Positions 41,179 to 52,994 of a DNA stretch of 64,000 bases are shown here, piece by piece (the stretch's first letter is position 1; every line of letters starts with the position of its first letter). The translations under genes and the position numbers were made by a program. The notes beneath the pieces were generated by a model. It saw nothing but the letters and a program-made list of their open reading frames with translations, was not told the origin of the DNA and searched no databases. Origin of the DNA: a phage; the sequence record PZ496581.1. One strand, 5' to 3'.

Positions 41179-41666
41179 GTTTTAATAATCTCAATGATTT
41201 CATCTCGGGATAATCCATTGATAAGAACGGTTTTCAAACCATCACACTGGATTTTGTACGATTCAAACAATACACACAACTCTTCTGCTGTATGATACGG
41301 ACTTGAAATTCCGAGGCGGTTGAATTTGTCGGTAAGAGGGTCGCAAATAATGTAGAATTTTATACCTGCGATATGTACGTTTGGTTGACTAATATTAATG
41401 AACACATTAGCGTCATATTTAGTCAAATTGTTTTGAAGAAATTCTACCATGGCATTAACTGCTTCCGGCATCGCTTCGCGTTTCTCTTCAGCGTATCGGG
41501 TGGAATACTCTTTTTGTTTTACTTTCTTTTTAAGATTTTTGGCCAGTGTAACACGTAGGTCAGTAAGATAACCAACTGGACGTCCCTTCTTAAAGACCCG
41601 GATTCCGTCAGTTGTGTCTCCAAAAGCGGTTACGACCATATCGTTAGTAATCAATTGCATATTCAT
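41166..41666 (-). CDS. alc: Alc-like protein (inhibitor of host transcription on cytosine DNA)
   Basis: 166 aa from ATG 41666 (SD GAGGAG); size and position between the pseT cluster and rnlA match T4 alc; no sequence recall to confirm. Confidence 0.6.
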   Translation of the reverse strand: MNMQLITNDMVVTAFGDTTDGIRVFKKGRPVGYLTDLRVTLAKNLKKKVKQKEYSTRYAEEKREAMPEAVNAMVEFLQNNLTKYDANVFINISQPNVHIAGIKFYIICDPLTDKFNRLGISSPYHTAEELCVLFESYKIQCDGLKTVLINGLSRDEIIEIIKTCLK

Positions 41667-41694
41667 AATTTTCTCCTCGTGTTGTTGATAAAAG

Positions 41695-41727
41695 CCATAG
41701 TAACACCATCCTTGGTGTTTGTAAACC
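41695..41727 (-). promoter_or_regulatory. Early promoter cassette (GTTTAC-N18-TACTAT)
   Basis: Minus-strand GTTTAC (41721-41726) and TACTAT (41697-41702) with conserved leader ..TATCAACAACACGAGGAGAA. Confidence 0.65.
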
Positions 41728-41728
41728 A

Positions 41729-42862
<1,134 letters not shown>

Positions 42863-42876
42863 TCAGTTAGTTTTTT

Positions 42877-42907
42877 AAATTGTACCACAATCCTTGTGGT
42901 GTGTAAA
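42877..42907 (-). promoter_or_regulatory. Early promoter (GTTTAC-N16-TACAAT) upstream of rnlA
   Basis: Minus-strand GTTTAC (42901-42906) and TACAAT (42879-42884). Confidence 0.55.
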
Positions 42908-43318
42908 CTACTTTTTCTTATGTTGGATATTCCAAGGCGGGTTGAACTTTTTGATAAAAAGCGGTTCTTCAAGGTCCATTGTTGCGATGGTCATTGAACC
43001 AAGTTCGTTGGTGACTGAAAGGTCAAAACATTGGCGGGCCCAGAATTCAACCTTTTTGCCTTGCATTAAGGCATCCAAAATCATAAGTGATTTTCTTGAA
43101 TCTGAAGTCTGGTCTTTTCGATTTATGGCTGTTCGATAATAGTTAATGCGTTTCTTTAAATTCTTGGTTTTACCAATATACACAAGTTCGTCATCTATAG
43201 CAATAGCGTATATGACATTTTTCTTATTAGGGACATCAACTGTTTTAATTGTTGCATCTTCTAATAGCTCCAATTCTGTATATTTAATAAAGGAATATTC
43301 GGCGGCAATATCTTTCAT
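42908..43318 (-). CDS. denA: Endonuclease II (DenA)
   Basis: 136 aa ORF with GIY-YIG-like core (VIYAIAIDDELVYIGKTKNLKKRI.YY); T4 DenA is 136 aa; preceded by gggac-cgaa-gtccc hairpin at 43327-43340. Confidence 0.9.
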   Translation of the reverse strand: MKDIAAEYSFIKYTELELLEDATIKTVDVPNKKNVIYAIAIDDELVYIGKTKNLKKRINYYRTAINRKDQTSDSRKSLMILDALMQGKKVEFWARQCFDLSVTNELGSMTIATMDLEEPLFIKKFNPPWNIQHKKK

Positions 43319-43344
43319 AATAAAGTGGGACCGAAGTCCCGTCC

Positions 43345-44523
43345 TTAGAAATATTTTTTGTATGAATTGATTACATTTTGGTCTACATCATTATCAATTT
43401 GTGCGACAAGATAAGAACTGATTTCAACTTCCTGAGGAGCTGCTTGAACTAAATCAGAGTTCAGATATTCACGAATCCAAGGATACGGATGCTTGGTCGG
43501 AGCATCAGTGATTGGGCATGGCAAACCACACTGTTTCATACGAGACACAGTCAAGTAATCAACAAAAGCACACATACTCTGTGTATTGATACCTGGGCAT
43601 GTACCGTCTTTAAAGAGGTGTGCAGCCCATTCCTTCTCTTGACTATTTACTTCCATAAAAATGTCAACTGCTTCTTGTTCACATTCTTTAGCAATTTGAA
43701 CCCACTCATCGCCATCAGTACCAGATTGAAGTTGACGGATGATGTACTGAGTACCCTTGAGGTGGAGTTGTTCGTCACGAGCAATGAACTTCATAATCTT
43801 TGCATTACCTTCCATAATTTCCATATTTTTATGGAAGTTGAAAGTACATGCAAATGATACGTAAAAACGAATAGCTTCTAAGGCGTTGATAACATGCAAA
43901 CAGAGGTAAAGAGATTTCATTAGCTCACGCTTCCAATATGTCTCATGCTCAATAGCATCTTCAATAACGTCTTCGTCTGCATTAATTTCTTTTTGGTATT
44001 CGATATCAGCTTTAGCATTTTCCCAATAACGAGTTTTAACCAAGACATCATCGTAATAGCGACCAATAGATTCAGCGCGTTTCATGATTGCTTCGTCTAA
44101 TACAATCTCATCAAATACCTTAGATGGGTCCGTATAAAGATTTCGCATAATATGAGTATACGAACGAGAGTGAATAGTTTCACTGAATGTCCATGTTGCA
44201 ACCCACGTATCTAATGAAGGGTCAGAAATCAGTGCCATAAGTACCGCAGATGGGGCCCTGCCTTGGATAGAATCTAATAATGATTGATACTTAAGATTGT
44301 TTGTAAAGATGTCCTGTTGGAACTGAGGAAGCTTATTGAACTGCGCAGAGTCCAACATCAAGTTTACCTCTTCGGGACGCCAGAAAAATGACAAGGATTT
44401 TTCTATAAGTTCTTCAAAAACTTTATGACGCTGAATATCATACCGTGCGAGGCCAAGACAAGAACCAAAGAACATCGGTTCATTCAAAACATCGACTTGT
44501 TGTGTGTTAAAAACTGTACTCAT
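43345..44523 (-). CDS. nrdB: Ribonucleotide reductase small subunit NrdB (intronless)
   Basis: 392 aa contiguous ORF with the diiron/tyrosyl-radical family fold; no intron interruption. Confidence 0.93.
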   Translation of the reverse strand: MSTVFNTQQVDVLNEPMFFGSCLGLARYDIQRHKVFEELIEKSLSFFWRPEEVNLMLDSAQFNKLPQFQQDIFTNNLKYQSLLDSIQGRAPSAVLMALISDPSLDTWVATWTFSETIHSRSYTHIMRNLYTDPSKVFDEIVLDEAIMKRAESIGRYYDDVLVKTRYWENAKADIEYQKEINADEDVIEDAIEHETYWKRELMKSLYLCLHVINALEAIRFYVSFACTFNFHKNMEIMEGNAKIMKFIARDEQLHLKGTQYIIRQLQSGTDGDEWVQIAKECEQEAVDIFMEVNSQEKEWAAHLFKDGTCPGINTQSMCAFVDYLTVSRMKQCGLPCPITDAPTKHPYPWIREYLNSDLVQAAPQEVEISSYLVAQIDNDVDQNVINSYKKYF

Positions 44524-44578
44524 TATATTTTCTCACTTAGTTATTAACTCATCCATGAGTAAATTATAATCAAAAGTC

Positions 44579-46834
44579 TTAAAGCTTACAAGCAGAACAA
44601 TCTTCAGCTTTAGGTGTTTCTAATTCATAGTCATCTGTACCTGACCCATCACGAGTGTTATGATAGTAGAGATTTTTTCCGCCAAAGTACCAGAAGTAAA
44701 GCAGATCGTCAAGCATTACTGACATTGGCACTTTACCTTTCTCAAACACTGCAGGGTCATAGTAAGTATTAGCAGAAGCAGATTGGCACACCCATTTCAA
44801 CATGATAGCAACTTGGGTCAAATAAGGTTTATTACCTTTCTTAGCAAGTTTCCACGCATAGTCGTAAAGACTCATGTTATGTTCTATATTAGGAACAACC
44901 TGACGGAAGTTGCCTTCTTTAGATTCTTTAATACTCACTGGACCACGCGGCGGTTCAATCCCGTTTGTAGAGTTTGATACTTGACTGCTTGACTCACAAG
45001 GCATGAGTGCAGACAACGTTGAGTTACGAATTCCATGTTCTTTGAGTTCAGCTCGAAGTTCTTCCCAATCACATACGTAGTTCGGGGCTGCGATTTGGTC
45101 AATCTTTTTATTGTACCAGTCGATAGGTAATTCGCCTCTAGACCATTTAGTGTCTGAATAATACTCGCAACATCCTTTTTCTTTGGCGAGTTTGATTGAT
45201 GCTTTGATAAGGCCATATTGCAATCTCTCAAACAATTCATGAGTCAAATCGTTAGCGTCTTCATATGAAGCAAAGTTAGAAGCTAACCATGCAGCATAGT
45301 TCGTAACACCAACACCAAGATTACGACGCTTTTTAGCTTTTAAAGCTTCTGGAACCGGATAATCTTGATAGTCTAACAGGTTATCAAGTGCACGTACTTG
45401 TACTTCAGCAAGTTCATTAATTTTATCTTGGTCTTGCCAATCAAATTTATCCAATACAAAAGCAGATAATGTGCATAAACCAATTTCAGCATCAGGACCA
45501 TTCACATCATTAGTTGGAATAGCGATTTCACAACATAAGTTACTCTGACGAATTGGAGCTTTTTCACGAATAAATGGAGTGTAGTTATTCGTGTTATCAA
45601 CAAACTGTGGATAAATTCGAGCGGTGCCAGAACGTTCAGTCATGAACAATTCAAAGAGTTCTAGTGCTTTGATTCTTTTCTTTCTGATTGTCGGGTCTTT
45701 TTCAGCTTTCTCATAAAGCTCACGGAATTTATCTTGATCTTCAAAGAACGAGTAGTATAGTTCGCCTGACATTTCATGAGGGCTAAATAAAGTAATATAA
45801 TCATTTTTACCAAGACGTTCCATCATAAGGTCATTAATCTGAATTCCGTAGTCCATATGTCGAATACGGTTTTCATCCACGCCTTTGTTATTTTTCAGAA
45901 CTAATAGGTTCTCTACTTCTAAGTGCCACATCGGATAATACGCTGTAGCAGCACCACCACGAATACCACCTTGAGAACAAGATTTTACTGCAGTTTGGAA
46001 ATGTTTCCAGAATGGAATAACACCCGTATGTCGAACTTCACCCATACCGATCTTAGAACCTTCTGCACGAAGCATACCAACGTTGATACCGATACCAGCT
46101 CGTTTAGAAATATATTCAATAATTGATGCTGAAGTTTTGTTAATAGATTTTAACGAATCACCGGCTTCAATAACTACACAACTAGAGAACTGGCGAGTCG
46201 GAGTACGAGCACCTGCCATAATTGGAGTAGGCAATGAAACTTGATGAGTAGAAACGGCGTCATAAAAACGAATAATATGTTTCAAACGGTCATGAGTTTC
46301 GTCTTGGTGTAAGGCCATGCCAATAGCCATGATAGCAAACTGTGGAGTTTCATAAATCTTCCCAGTTGTTTTATCTTTAACTAGATATTTTTCTTTAAGC
46401 TGCATAGCACCAGCATAAGTCAGGTCAAAGTCTCGTTCATGTTTAATCTGTGAATCGAGATAAATGATTTCTTCTGCTGAATATTGAGACAACAGCTCAG
46501 GGTCATATTTGCCTTCATTAACACAGTAAGAAATATGGTCGATAAAAGCAGGCGGTTCAAACTGCCCATATACATCTTTACGAAGTGCAAACATTAGCCC
46601 TTTGGCGGCGACATACTGATAATCAGGTTCTTCGACAGAAATCGAGTTAGCTGCAACTTTAATACAAATCTTCTGAATATCTTTGGTGCTCATACCATCG
46701 ACAAGATGGGTCTTAATTTCTTCGTACAATTCATATGGGTCAATTTGTGTTCCTTCACATTGCCAAGTTAAGACTTGAATAATTTTCTGTGCATCAAAAT
46801 TTTGGGATACACCACTGCTCTTAGTTACTTGCAT
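44579..46834 (-). CDS. nrdA: Ribonucleotide reductase large subunit NrdA
   Basis: 751 aa ORF with class Ia RNR active-site region (..NLCCEI..) and C-terminal Cys pair; T4 NrdA is 754 aa. Confidence 0.95.
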   Translation of the reverse strand: MQVTKSSGVSQNFDAQKIIQVLTWQCEGTQIDPYELYEEIKTHLVDGMSTKDIQKICIKVAANSISVEEPDYQYVAAKGLMFALRKDVYGQFEPPAFIDHISYCVNEGKYDPELLSQYSAEEIIYLDSQIKHERDFDLTYAGAMQLKEKYLVKDKTTGKIYETPQFAIMAIGMALHQDETHDRLKHIIRFYDAVSTHQVSLPTPIMAGARTPTRQFSSCVVIEAGDSLKSINKTSASIIEYISKRAGIGINVGMLRAEGSKIGMGEVRHTGVIPFWKHFQTAVKSCSQGGIRGGAATAYYPMWHLEVENLLVLKNNKGVDENRIRHMDYGIQINDLMMERLGKNDYITLFSPHEMSGELYYSFFEDQDKFRELYEKAEKDPTIRKKRIKALELFELFMTERSGTARIYPQFVDNTNNYTPFIREKAPIRQSNLCCEIAIPTNDVNGPDAEIGLCTLSAFVLDKFDWQDQDKINELAEVQVRALDNLLDYQDYPVPEALKAKKRRNLGVGVTNYAAWLASNFASYEDANDLTHELFERLQYGLIKASIKLAKEKGCCEYYSDTKWSRGELPIDWYNKKIDQIAAPNYVCDWEELRAELKEHGIRNSTLSALMPCESSSQVSNSTNGIEPPRGPVSIKESKEGNFRQVVPNIEHNMSLYDYAWKLAKKGNKPYLTQVAIMLKWVCQSASANTYYDPAVFEKGKVPMSVMLDDLLYFWYFGGKNLYYHNTRDGSGTDDYELETPKAEDCSACKL

Positions 46835-46921
46835 ATATTCCTCAGTATAGGTTGATAGACATTACTCCAAACGGGATAGTATTTATCCCGTTAATTTATT
46901 ATACACTTTTAAACTGAAGCG

Positions 46922-47176
46922 TTAATTATCCTCAGCAATAATTTCTTCGTATTCTTTAGGTGTCAAGACTGTGATATCGAAATAAACCAATGGTTCTTTT
47001 TCCATACCGTAACCACCACAAAATTCACGATATTCATAAATTCGTTCATGTGAATAACAAATGAATCGTTCACCTTTAACTGTGATTTCACTATTCGGTG
47101 AAGGGATATCTAGTTCGGTAGGATTTTTCATTTCAAAAATTGTGGTGCCATATGAATTAATAAAACGTAAAATCAT
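46922..47176 (-). CDS. Hypothetical protein (84 aa) between td and nrdA
   Basis: ORF whose ATG directly abuts the td stop; followed by acgggata-aatac-tatcccgt hairpin (46878-46900). Confidence 0.6.
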   Translation of the reverse strand: MILRFINSYGTTIFEMKNPTELDIPSPNSEITVKGERFICYSHERIYEYREFCGGYGMEKEPLVYFDITVLTPKEYEEIIAEDN

Positions 47177-47488
47177 TTATACCGCCATTTTAGCTTTGAT
47201 AGTTGGATGAGATTCGTAATTTTTAAGAACGAAATCAGAATGTGTCATCGTTCCAGTAACCCAGTCCATTTGGATTTTTGTAGGCCAATTCTCAAAATTA
47301 CTAGGCCAATTAATTTCAAGAGAACATAATTCTTTAGGTTCACGACGAAGAACTTCTTTGCATTGTTCTACATGATTGCTGTAGATATGCGTGTTGCCGC
47401 CTGAGAACACTAAATCACCTGGGATAAGGTTACACATCTTCGCTACAATATGCGTCAAGGCAGCGTACGAGGCAATGTTGAACGGCAG
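47177..47488 (-). CDS. td: Thymidylate synthase, exon 2
   Basis: Encodes LPFNIASYAALTHIVAKMCNLIPGDL.FSGGNTHIY..; 312 nt as in T4 td exon 2; begins immediately after the intron terminal G. Confidence 0.9.
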   Translation of the reverse strand: MPFNIASYAALTHIVAKMCNLIPGDLVFSGGNTHIYSNHVEQCKEVLRREPKELCSLEINWPSNFENWPTKIQMDWVTGTMTHSDFVLKNYESHPTIKAKMAV

Positions 47489-48504
47489 CATTATGTTCAG
47501 ATAAGGTCGTTAATCTTATCCCGGAATTATATCCAGCTGCATGTCACCATGCAGAGCAGACTATATCTCCAACTTGTTAAAGCAAGTTGTCTATCGTTTC
47601 GAGTCACTTGACCCTACTCCCTAAAGGGATAGTCGTTAGGCATTTATGTAGAACCAATTCCACTTATCAGATTTTACACGGTAAGTAACTAATCCTGATG
47701 AAATTTCAAAATGTCTAGCCGCATCGGCTGCACATTCAAAAATAATCCCATCGCATGAAATCTTTTTGATGTTAGCTGGCTTTTTGCCTTTCATCTTTTC
47801 AGATAGTTTAGTTTTAGTTTTTTCTGAATGTTTGTGATTAAAGAACGGGTTATTTTCACCTGAACGTTTTCGGCACTTTCCACAAGTATCGGCCGAAGAT
47901 GGTATGCGAACACCGCATTTACAAAACTTGTGGTTTTCTGGATTCCATCGGCCATTTTTACTTCCGTGTTTACCATAAAGAGCTTTCCGACCATCAGGAC
48001 CAAGCTTAAGCATCTTAGCTTTAACAGTTTCAGCTCGTTTCTTAGCAATTTCTTCTTTTAATGGATGATTTGAAAGCACATCGCCAAAAGACGCATCAGC
48101 AATATTATATCCATTAATTTTAGAATTTAGCTCTTTAATCCAAAAATTTTCTCGTTCAATAATCAAATCTTTCTCATATGGAATTTCTTCCAGTACAGAG
48201 CATTCAAAAACATTACCATGTTTATTAAAAGACCTTTGAAATTTTATAGAAGAGTGAACACCGTTTTCAAGGTCTTTAAAATGTCTCTTCCATCTTTTCT
48301 CAAAATCTTTAGCACTTCCAACATACACTTTACCGTTTAAAGTGTTTTTAATCTGATAAATTCCGCTTTTCATAAACACCTCTTTTTATATAGAAGTATT
48401 TATTAAAGGGTAGTCCTACAATTTAGCACGGGATTGTCTACTAGAGAGGTCCCCCGTTTAGATAGATTACAAGTATAAGTCACCTTATACCTAGGCCTAA
48501 ATTA
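47489..48504 (-). mobile_element. Group I self-splicing intron in td, carrying the I-TevI homing endonuclease gene
   Basis: 1016 nt between td exons; 5' end (minus strand) TAATTTAGGCCTAGGTATAAGGTGACTTATACTTGTAATCTATCTAAACGGGGGACCTCTCTAGTAGACAATCCCGTGCTAAAT closely matches the remembered T4 td intron; exon 1 ends ..CTTAGGT and intron ends ..ATG as in T4. Confidence 0.92.
47636..48373 (-). CDS. I-TevI GIY-YIG intron homing endonuclease
   Basis: 245 aa from ATG 48373 (MKSGIYQIKNTLN.KVYVGSAKDFEKRWKRHFKDLE..) near-identical to T4 I-TevI including zinc finger and C-terminal DNA-binding domain; the listed ORF start at 48379 is a GTG. Confidence 0.95.
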   Translation of the reverse strand: MKSGIYQIKNTLNGKVYVGSAKDFEKRWKRHFKDLENGVHSSIKFQRSFNKHGNVFECSVLEEIPYEKDLIIERENFWIKELNSKINGYNIADASFGDVLSNHPLKEEIAKKRAETVKAKMLKLGPDGRKALYGKHGSKNGRWNPENHKFCKCGVRIPSSADTCGKCRKRSGENNPFFNHKHSEKTKTKLSEKMKGKKPANIKKISCDGIIFECAADAARHFEISSGLVTYRVKSDKWNWFYINA

Positions 48505-49878
<1,374 letters not shown>

Positions 49879-49880
49879 AA

Positions 49881-50144
49881 TTATTTCCTCAGATTTTTCT
49901 TAACAACTTTCCAATCAGCTTTAAACGATTCAACATCAGAGTGGTGAATCCAGAATCCTGCACTTTCACCATCTTCGTAGAGTGGACATCCATCACATTC
50001 TTCGTTCCAACCCATTTCACGTAAAGCTTCTTCAGCTTGTTCAAGGAGTTCAGCATCTTTACCAACGATGTTGAAGTACCATTTACCTCTAACTTCAGAA
50101 TCTTTGATGCTCTGGCGTTGCAATCTCATTTTATTCTCCTTCAC
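49881..50144 (-). CDS. Hypothetical protein (87 aa)
   Basis: ORF with Cys pair (CDGC) and its own early promoter. Confidence 0.55.
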   Translation of the reverse strand: MKENKMRLQRQSIKDSEVRGKWYFNIVGKDAELLEQAEEALREMGWNEECDGCPLYEDGESAGFWIHHSDVESFKADWKVVKKNLRK

Positions 50145-50159
50145 TTTTATTTGATAGGG

Positions 50160-50192
50160 CTACTATAACATAGCCCTATCTTGTTATAAACT
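50160..50192 (-). promoter_or_regulatory. Early promoter (GTTTAT-N18-TATAGT)
   Basis: Minus-strand GTTTAT (50186-50191) and TATAGT (50162-50167). Confidence 0.5.
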
Positions 50193-50583
50193 ACTTTTTA
50201 AAAGTTTTTTGCAAAAGTTTGATGATTTCGTCGACGTTGGTTTCATCTACGATACAATGTATTTTTGTTACACCTAAAGTTATACCTTCGTTAGTAGGTT
50301 GAGGCTTTACTAAATCTACCTCAGTAAAGTATTTGAACTCGTCAGGATAAATCTCAAAATAAGTTTCAATTTCACCACCGGCAGAACATACAGTACCATC
50401 TTCCATAGTTACACTTACTACGTTTGATGTATCGCTATCATAATCAGGTTCCATTCCGTTTACAACAAAACTGGGCCCATGGAGTTCAATCAATTTTAAC
50501 ATCTTAGCGTTATTGTGTGGTGCTTCTTGAACAAAGTCATCTTTAAATAAAGGGTTAATGATATAAGATTTTCCGATTTCCAT
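50191..50583 (-). CDS. Hypothetical protein (130 aa)
   Basis: ORF with early-promoter cassette and SD GAGGAAAT. Confidence 0.6.
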   Translation of the reverse strand: MEIGKSYIINPLFKDDFVQEAPHNNAKMLKLIELHGPSFVVNGMEPDYDSDTSNVVSVTMEDGTVCSAGGEIETYFEIYPDEFKYFTEVDLVKPQPTNEGITLGVTKIHCIVDETNVDEIIKLLQKTFKK

Positions 50584-50610
50584 TTTGATTTCCTCATGTT
50601 GTTGATAGGT

Positions 50611-50642
50611 CTATACTAACACATCCAGGGAAGAAGTAAACA
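50611..50642 (-). promoter_or_regulatory. Early promoter cassette (GTTTAC-N17-TAGTAT)
   Basis: Minus-strand GTTTAC (50636-50641) and TAGTAT (50613-50618) with conserved leader ..AGACCTATCAACAACATGAGGAAATC. Confidence 0.65.
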
Positions 50643-50672
50643 ACTTTTTCGGTAATTTACAGATACTCAAAA

Positions 50673-50690
50673 GGGAGACCGAAGTCTCCC
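50673..50690 (-). terminator. UUCG-tetraloop terminator after gene 32
   Basis: Minus strand GGGAGAC-UUCG-GUCUCCC followed by UUUUG, 7 nt after the gene 32 stop. Confidence 0.8.
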
Positions 50691-50696
50691 AATTTA

Positions 50697-51614
50697 TTAT
50701 AGACCAGCTAACAGGTCATCGAGGTCGCCATCATCAGAGGATGAGGTAGAGCTCATGAAGTCATCTTCAGTTTTTGCAGAACTAAAGGCTTCCATGTCTT
50801 TATCAAAATCGTCAAGGTCAGAAGCAACTTTATCTGCAACAGAAGCTGCTGCGGCTGCTGCACCACCAAGAGCGGCAGTACCAAGAGCGGCAGTACCAAG
50901 AACCTTAGCGAAAGATTCATTTAATTTTTCAAAGGATTTGAACTGGTCTTTAGCCGTCAAAGTAGTAAGGTCTACCATCTGGTCATATAGTTCTTTCTGG
51001 AATGCTTCGTCATTAATACGAGGAATTTCAGATTGACCCAAGAATTTAGATTCGTCATAGTTGCTAAAACCTGAAACCTGCTTAGCTTTCAGAACGAAGT
51101 TAGCACCTTCAAACGGACAAGTAACATCAACTGGAGTTTCACCCATTTCGGTATCAACAGCAATCATTGCATTGATTTTGTCCCAAATCTTTTTACCGAA
51201 ACGATATTTAAATACTTTACCTTCGTTATCTGGAGCTTGAGGGTCTTTAACAACCAGAATATTAGCCCAATAAGAAGTTTTACGTTTCAGTTGAGAATAT
51301 TCATTTTTGTTGGTATTGTACAGGTCATTTTTACTAATGTACTGACATACAGGACAAGAGTCATAATCACCATGTGTAGAAGAGCAATTTTCAATATACC
51401 ATTTACCATTTTTCTTGAAACCGTGGTTAACAAGAATTGCAAATGGTAGTGCATCATCAGTTTTTGCTGGCAAGAAACGAATTACCGCTTGACCATTACC
51501 GGATGCATCTAGCTTCAGCTTCCATTCGCCTTTATCTTCTGAAGAGAAACCTTTGTTACCATTCAGTTTAGCCATTTGAGCAGCGAGGTCAGCAGTAGAT
51601 TTACGTTTAAACAT
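50697..51614 (-). CDS. 32: Single-stranded DNA-binding protein gp32
   Basis: 305 aa ORF near-identical to T4 gp32 ([35 protein letters not shown]..; zinc site C..H..C..C); acidic C-terminus. Confidence 0.96.
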   Translation of the reverse strand: MFKRKSTADLAAQMAKLNGNKGFSSEDKGEWKLKLDASGNGQAVIRFLPAKTDDALPFAILVNHGFKKNGKWYIENCSSTHGDYDSCPVCQYISKNDLYNTNKNEYSQLKRKTSYWANILVVKDPQAPDNEGKVFKYRFGKKIWDKINAMIAVDTEMGETPVDVTCPFEGANFVLKAKQVSGFSNYDESKFLGQSEIPRINDEAFQKELYDQMVDLTTLTAKDQFKSFEKLNESFAKVLGTAALGTAALGGAAAAAASVADKVASDLDDFDKDMEAFSSAKTEDDFMSSTSSSDDGDLDDLLAGL

Positions 51615-51652
51615 GGATTATTACCTTTTATTTAGATTATTTAATTTATTTA
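51615..51652 (-). promoter_or_regulatory. Gene 32 mRNA leader, AU-rich translational operator region
   Basis: Minus-strand leader UAAAUAAAUUAAAUAAUCUAAAUAAAAGGUAAUAAUCC-AUG with repeated UAAA/UUAAA elements, as in the known gp32 autoregulatory site. Confidence 0.6.
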
Positions 51653-51690
51653 CAGTTGGTTGCTACGACACTAGTTGGTTGCTACGACAC
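51653..51690 (-). repeat. 19 bp tandem direct repeat in the gene 32 leader
   Basis: cagttggttgctacgacac / tagttggttgctacgacac, two adjacent copies immediately 5' of the AU-rich operator. Confidence 0.8.
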
Positions 51691-51714
51691 TTATACCTCG
51701 TAGCTGGTATGATT

Positions 51715-51722
51715 TATTTATA
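51715..51722 (-). promoter_or_regulatory. Late promoter (minus-strand TATAAATA) upstream of gene 32
   Basis: + strand tatttata; a possible MotA-box-like element (AAGCTTTA, one mismatch) with -10 TAAAAT lies further upstream at about 51724-51750. Confidence 0.55.
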
Positions 51723-51751
51723 AAGTAATTTTAACACACAAGAAATAAAGC

Positions 51752-52405
51752 TTAATACTTACATGATTTGATTGTTTCTATGAACAATTTCTTAGCAGCA
51801 TTTCCATCGATTTGAAGTATTTTTCGATATGCCTTTAATTTGGTAGAATAATTTTGCCAGACTAAATTATCGGTGAGTTCGTCGTGCTTATCTATAATAT
51901 TCAAAAACGAGTCCAACAATAAGAAAGTTTCAAATGAAATTATATTGCTTTGTAGCAATTTAAATATGTAGCTCGACTGAACGTTGTTATTATAATCAAA
52001 TATCTCTTGAAGCGCACTAACTTCAACTTTCTTACTGAAATAGTAGATGTTACGTACGTCTTCAGCAAACGTCTCTTTAGCTTGTTTTAGTCGTCCAATA
52101 TATTCCCTATAGAAAACTAATGCATCAGCGTCTGATATCTCACCAATCCATGCGTCTTGGTTAGCAACTAAGTTGCTTATGAATATCAAGGTGAGTTCCT
52201 TCAATTTATATTTCTCTGATAGTTTTTCAAAGAAATATTTATCTCGGCGTTTTTGATACGCATTATCCGAAACACGCATGCACCAGTTATATTTGATTAC
52301 GTCATACCGACCACCAAAGTGGTTTTTGCACATCAAGTATAGTTTATATACTGATTTACCGTTAATATAACGTTCTCCGTCAGGAGGCATACGTATTTTA
52401 ATCAT
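51752..52405 (-). CDS. 59: Helicase loader gp59
   Basis: 217 aa ORF near-identical to T4 gp59 (MIK.RMP..GERYI.GKSVYKLYLM.K.H..G.YDVIKYNWCMRVSD.AYQKRRDKYFF.KLSEKYKLKEL..). Confidence 0.95.
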   Translation of the reverse strand: MIKIRMPPDGERYINGKSVYKLYLMCKNHFGGRYDVIKYNWCMRVSDNAYQKRRDKYFFEKLSEKYKLKELTLIFISNLVANQDAWIGEISDADALVFYREYIGRLKQAKETFAEDVRNIYYFSKKVEVSALQEIFDYNNNVQSSYIFKLLQSNIISFETFLLLDSFLNIIDKHDELTDNLVWQNYSTKLKAYRKILQIDGNAAKKLFIETIKSCKY

Positions 52406-52740
52406 AATAAGAAATCTAACGTATTAGTTTTTTCACCACGAGCAACTGATGGGCGAAGCATGTTTTCGTCAATTGCTTCGCTTGTAATTTTTTCAACAAT
52501 TCCTGTAGGAATAAATTTAGCAAATTGTGTTTCTGGAATAGAATTTTCTTCCAAGAAAGCAGTTGTTGCTTCTAAATAAGACATACCAAATTGTTCAACC
52601 ATGGATTCGATAATGAATCCGTTTTCTTGTCGGTCAAGCAATTTAGCGATATCATCTTTATCGTGTTTTACTGCTAATTCTTGTTCAGATAAACCGGCCT
52701 CATCAACCGGTTTAATATCACTTAGTGAAAACTGTGTCAT
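52402..52740 (-). CDS. 33: Late transcription accessory protein gp33
   Basis: 112 aa ORF near-identical to T4 gp33 (..FSLSDI....GLSE.ELAV.HDKDDI.KLLD.QENGFIIE.MVE.FGMSYLEATTAFLEENSIPETQFAKFIP..). Confidence 0.95.
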   Translation of the reverse strand: MTQFSLSDIKPVDEAGLSEQELAVKHDKDDIAKLLDRQENGFIIESMVEQFGMSYLEATTAFLEENSIPETQFAKFIPTGIVEKITSEAIDENMLRPSVARGEKTNTLDFLL

Positions 52741-52987
52741 AAAGCTCGACTACCTCTTCGTTTTCAGCTTCAAATTGGTCACGAGCGTCTTTATGATAAA
52801 GAGCTAACAAACGATTAAACATTTTTCCATCGACACCAAGCTCTTCTTTAACACGAGTACGAATGTCTTTAATCAGTTCATTATAACCAGAAATTTTAAG
52901 TTTGTTATCGGAAGCTTCCTTGACTAGTTTAGCCAGTTCTTCACCATGCACATCTTGATTAAATTCAACTGCTTCTTTCTTAGCCAT
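52718..52987 (-). CDS. dsbA: Double-stranded DNA-binding protein DsbA
   Basis: 89 aa from ATG 52987 with SD GAGG; T4 DsbA is 89 aa; the listed ORF extends 6 codons upstream into rnh. Confidence 0.75.
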   Translation of the reverse strand: MAKKEAVEFNQDVHGEELAKLVKEASDNKLKISGYNELIKDIRTRVKEELGVDGKMFNRLLALYHKDARDQFEAENEEVVELYDTVFTK

Positions 52988-52994
52988 GTTTACC

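Noticed and set aside
43345-44523. Expected group I intron with I-TevIII in nrdB
   Set aside because: nrdB is a single uninterrupted 392 aa ORF; no intron is present at this locus.
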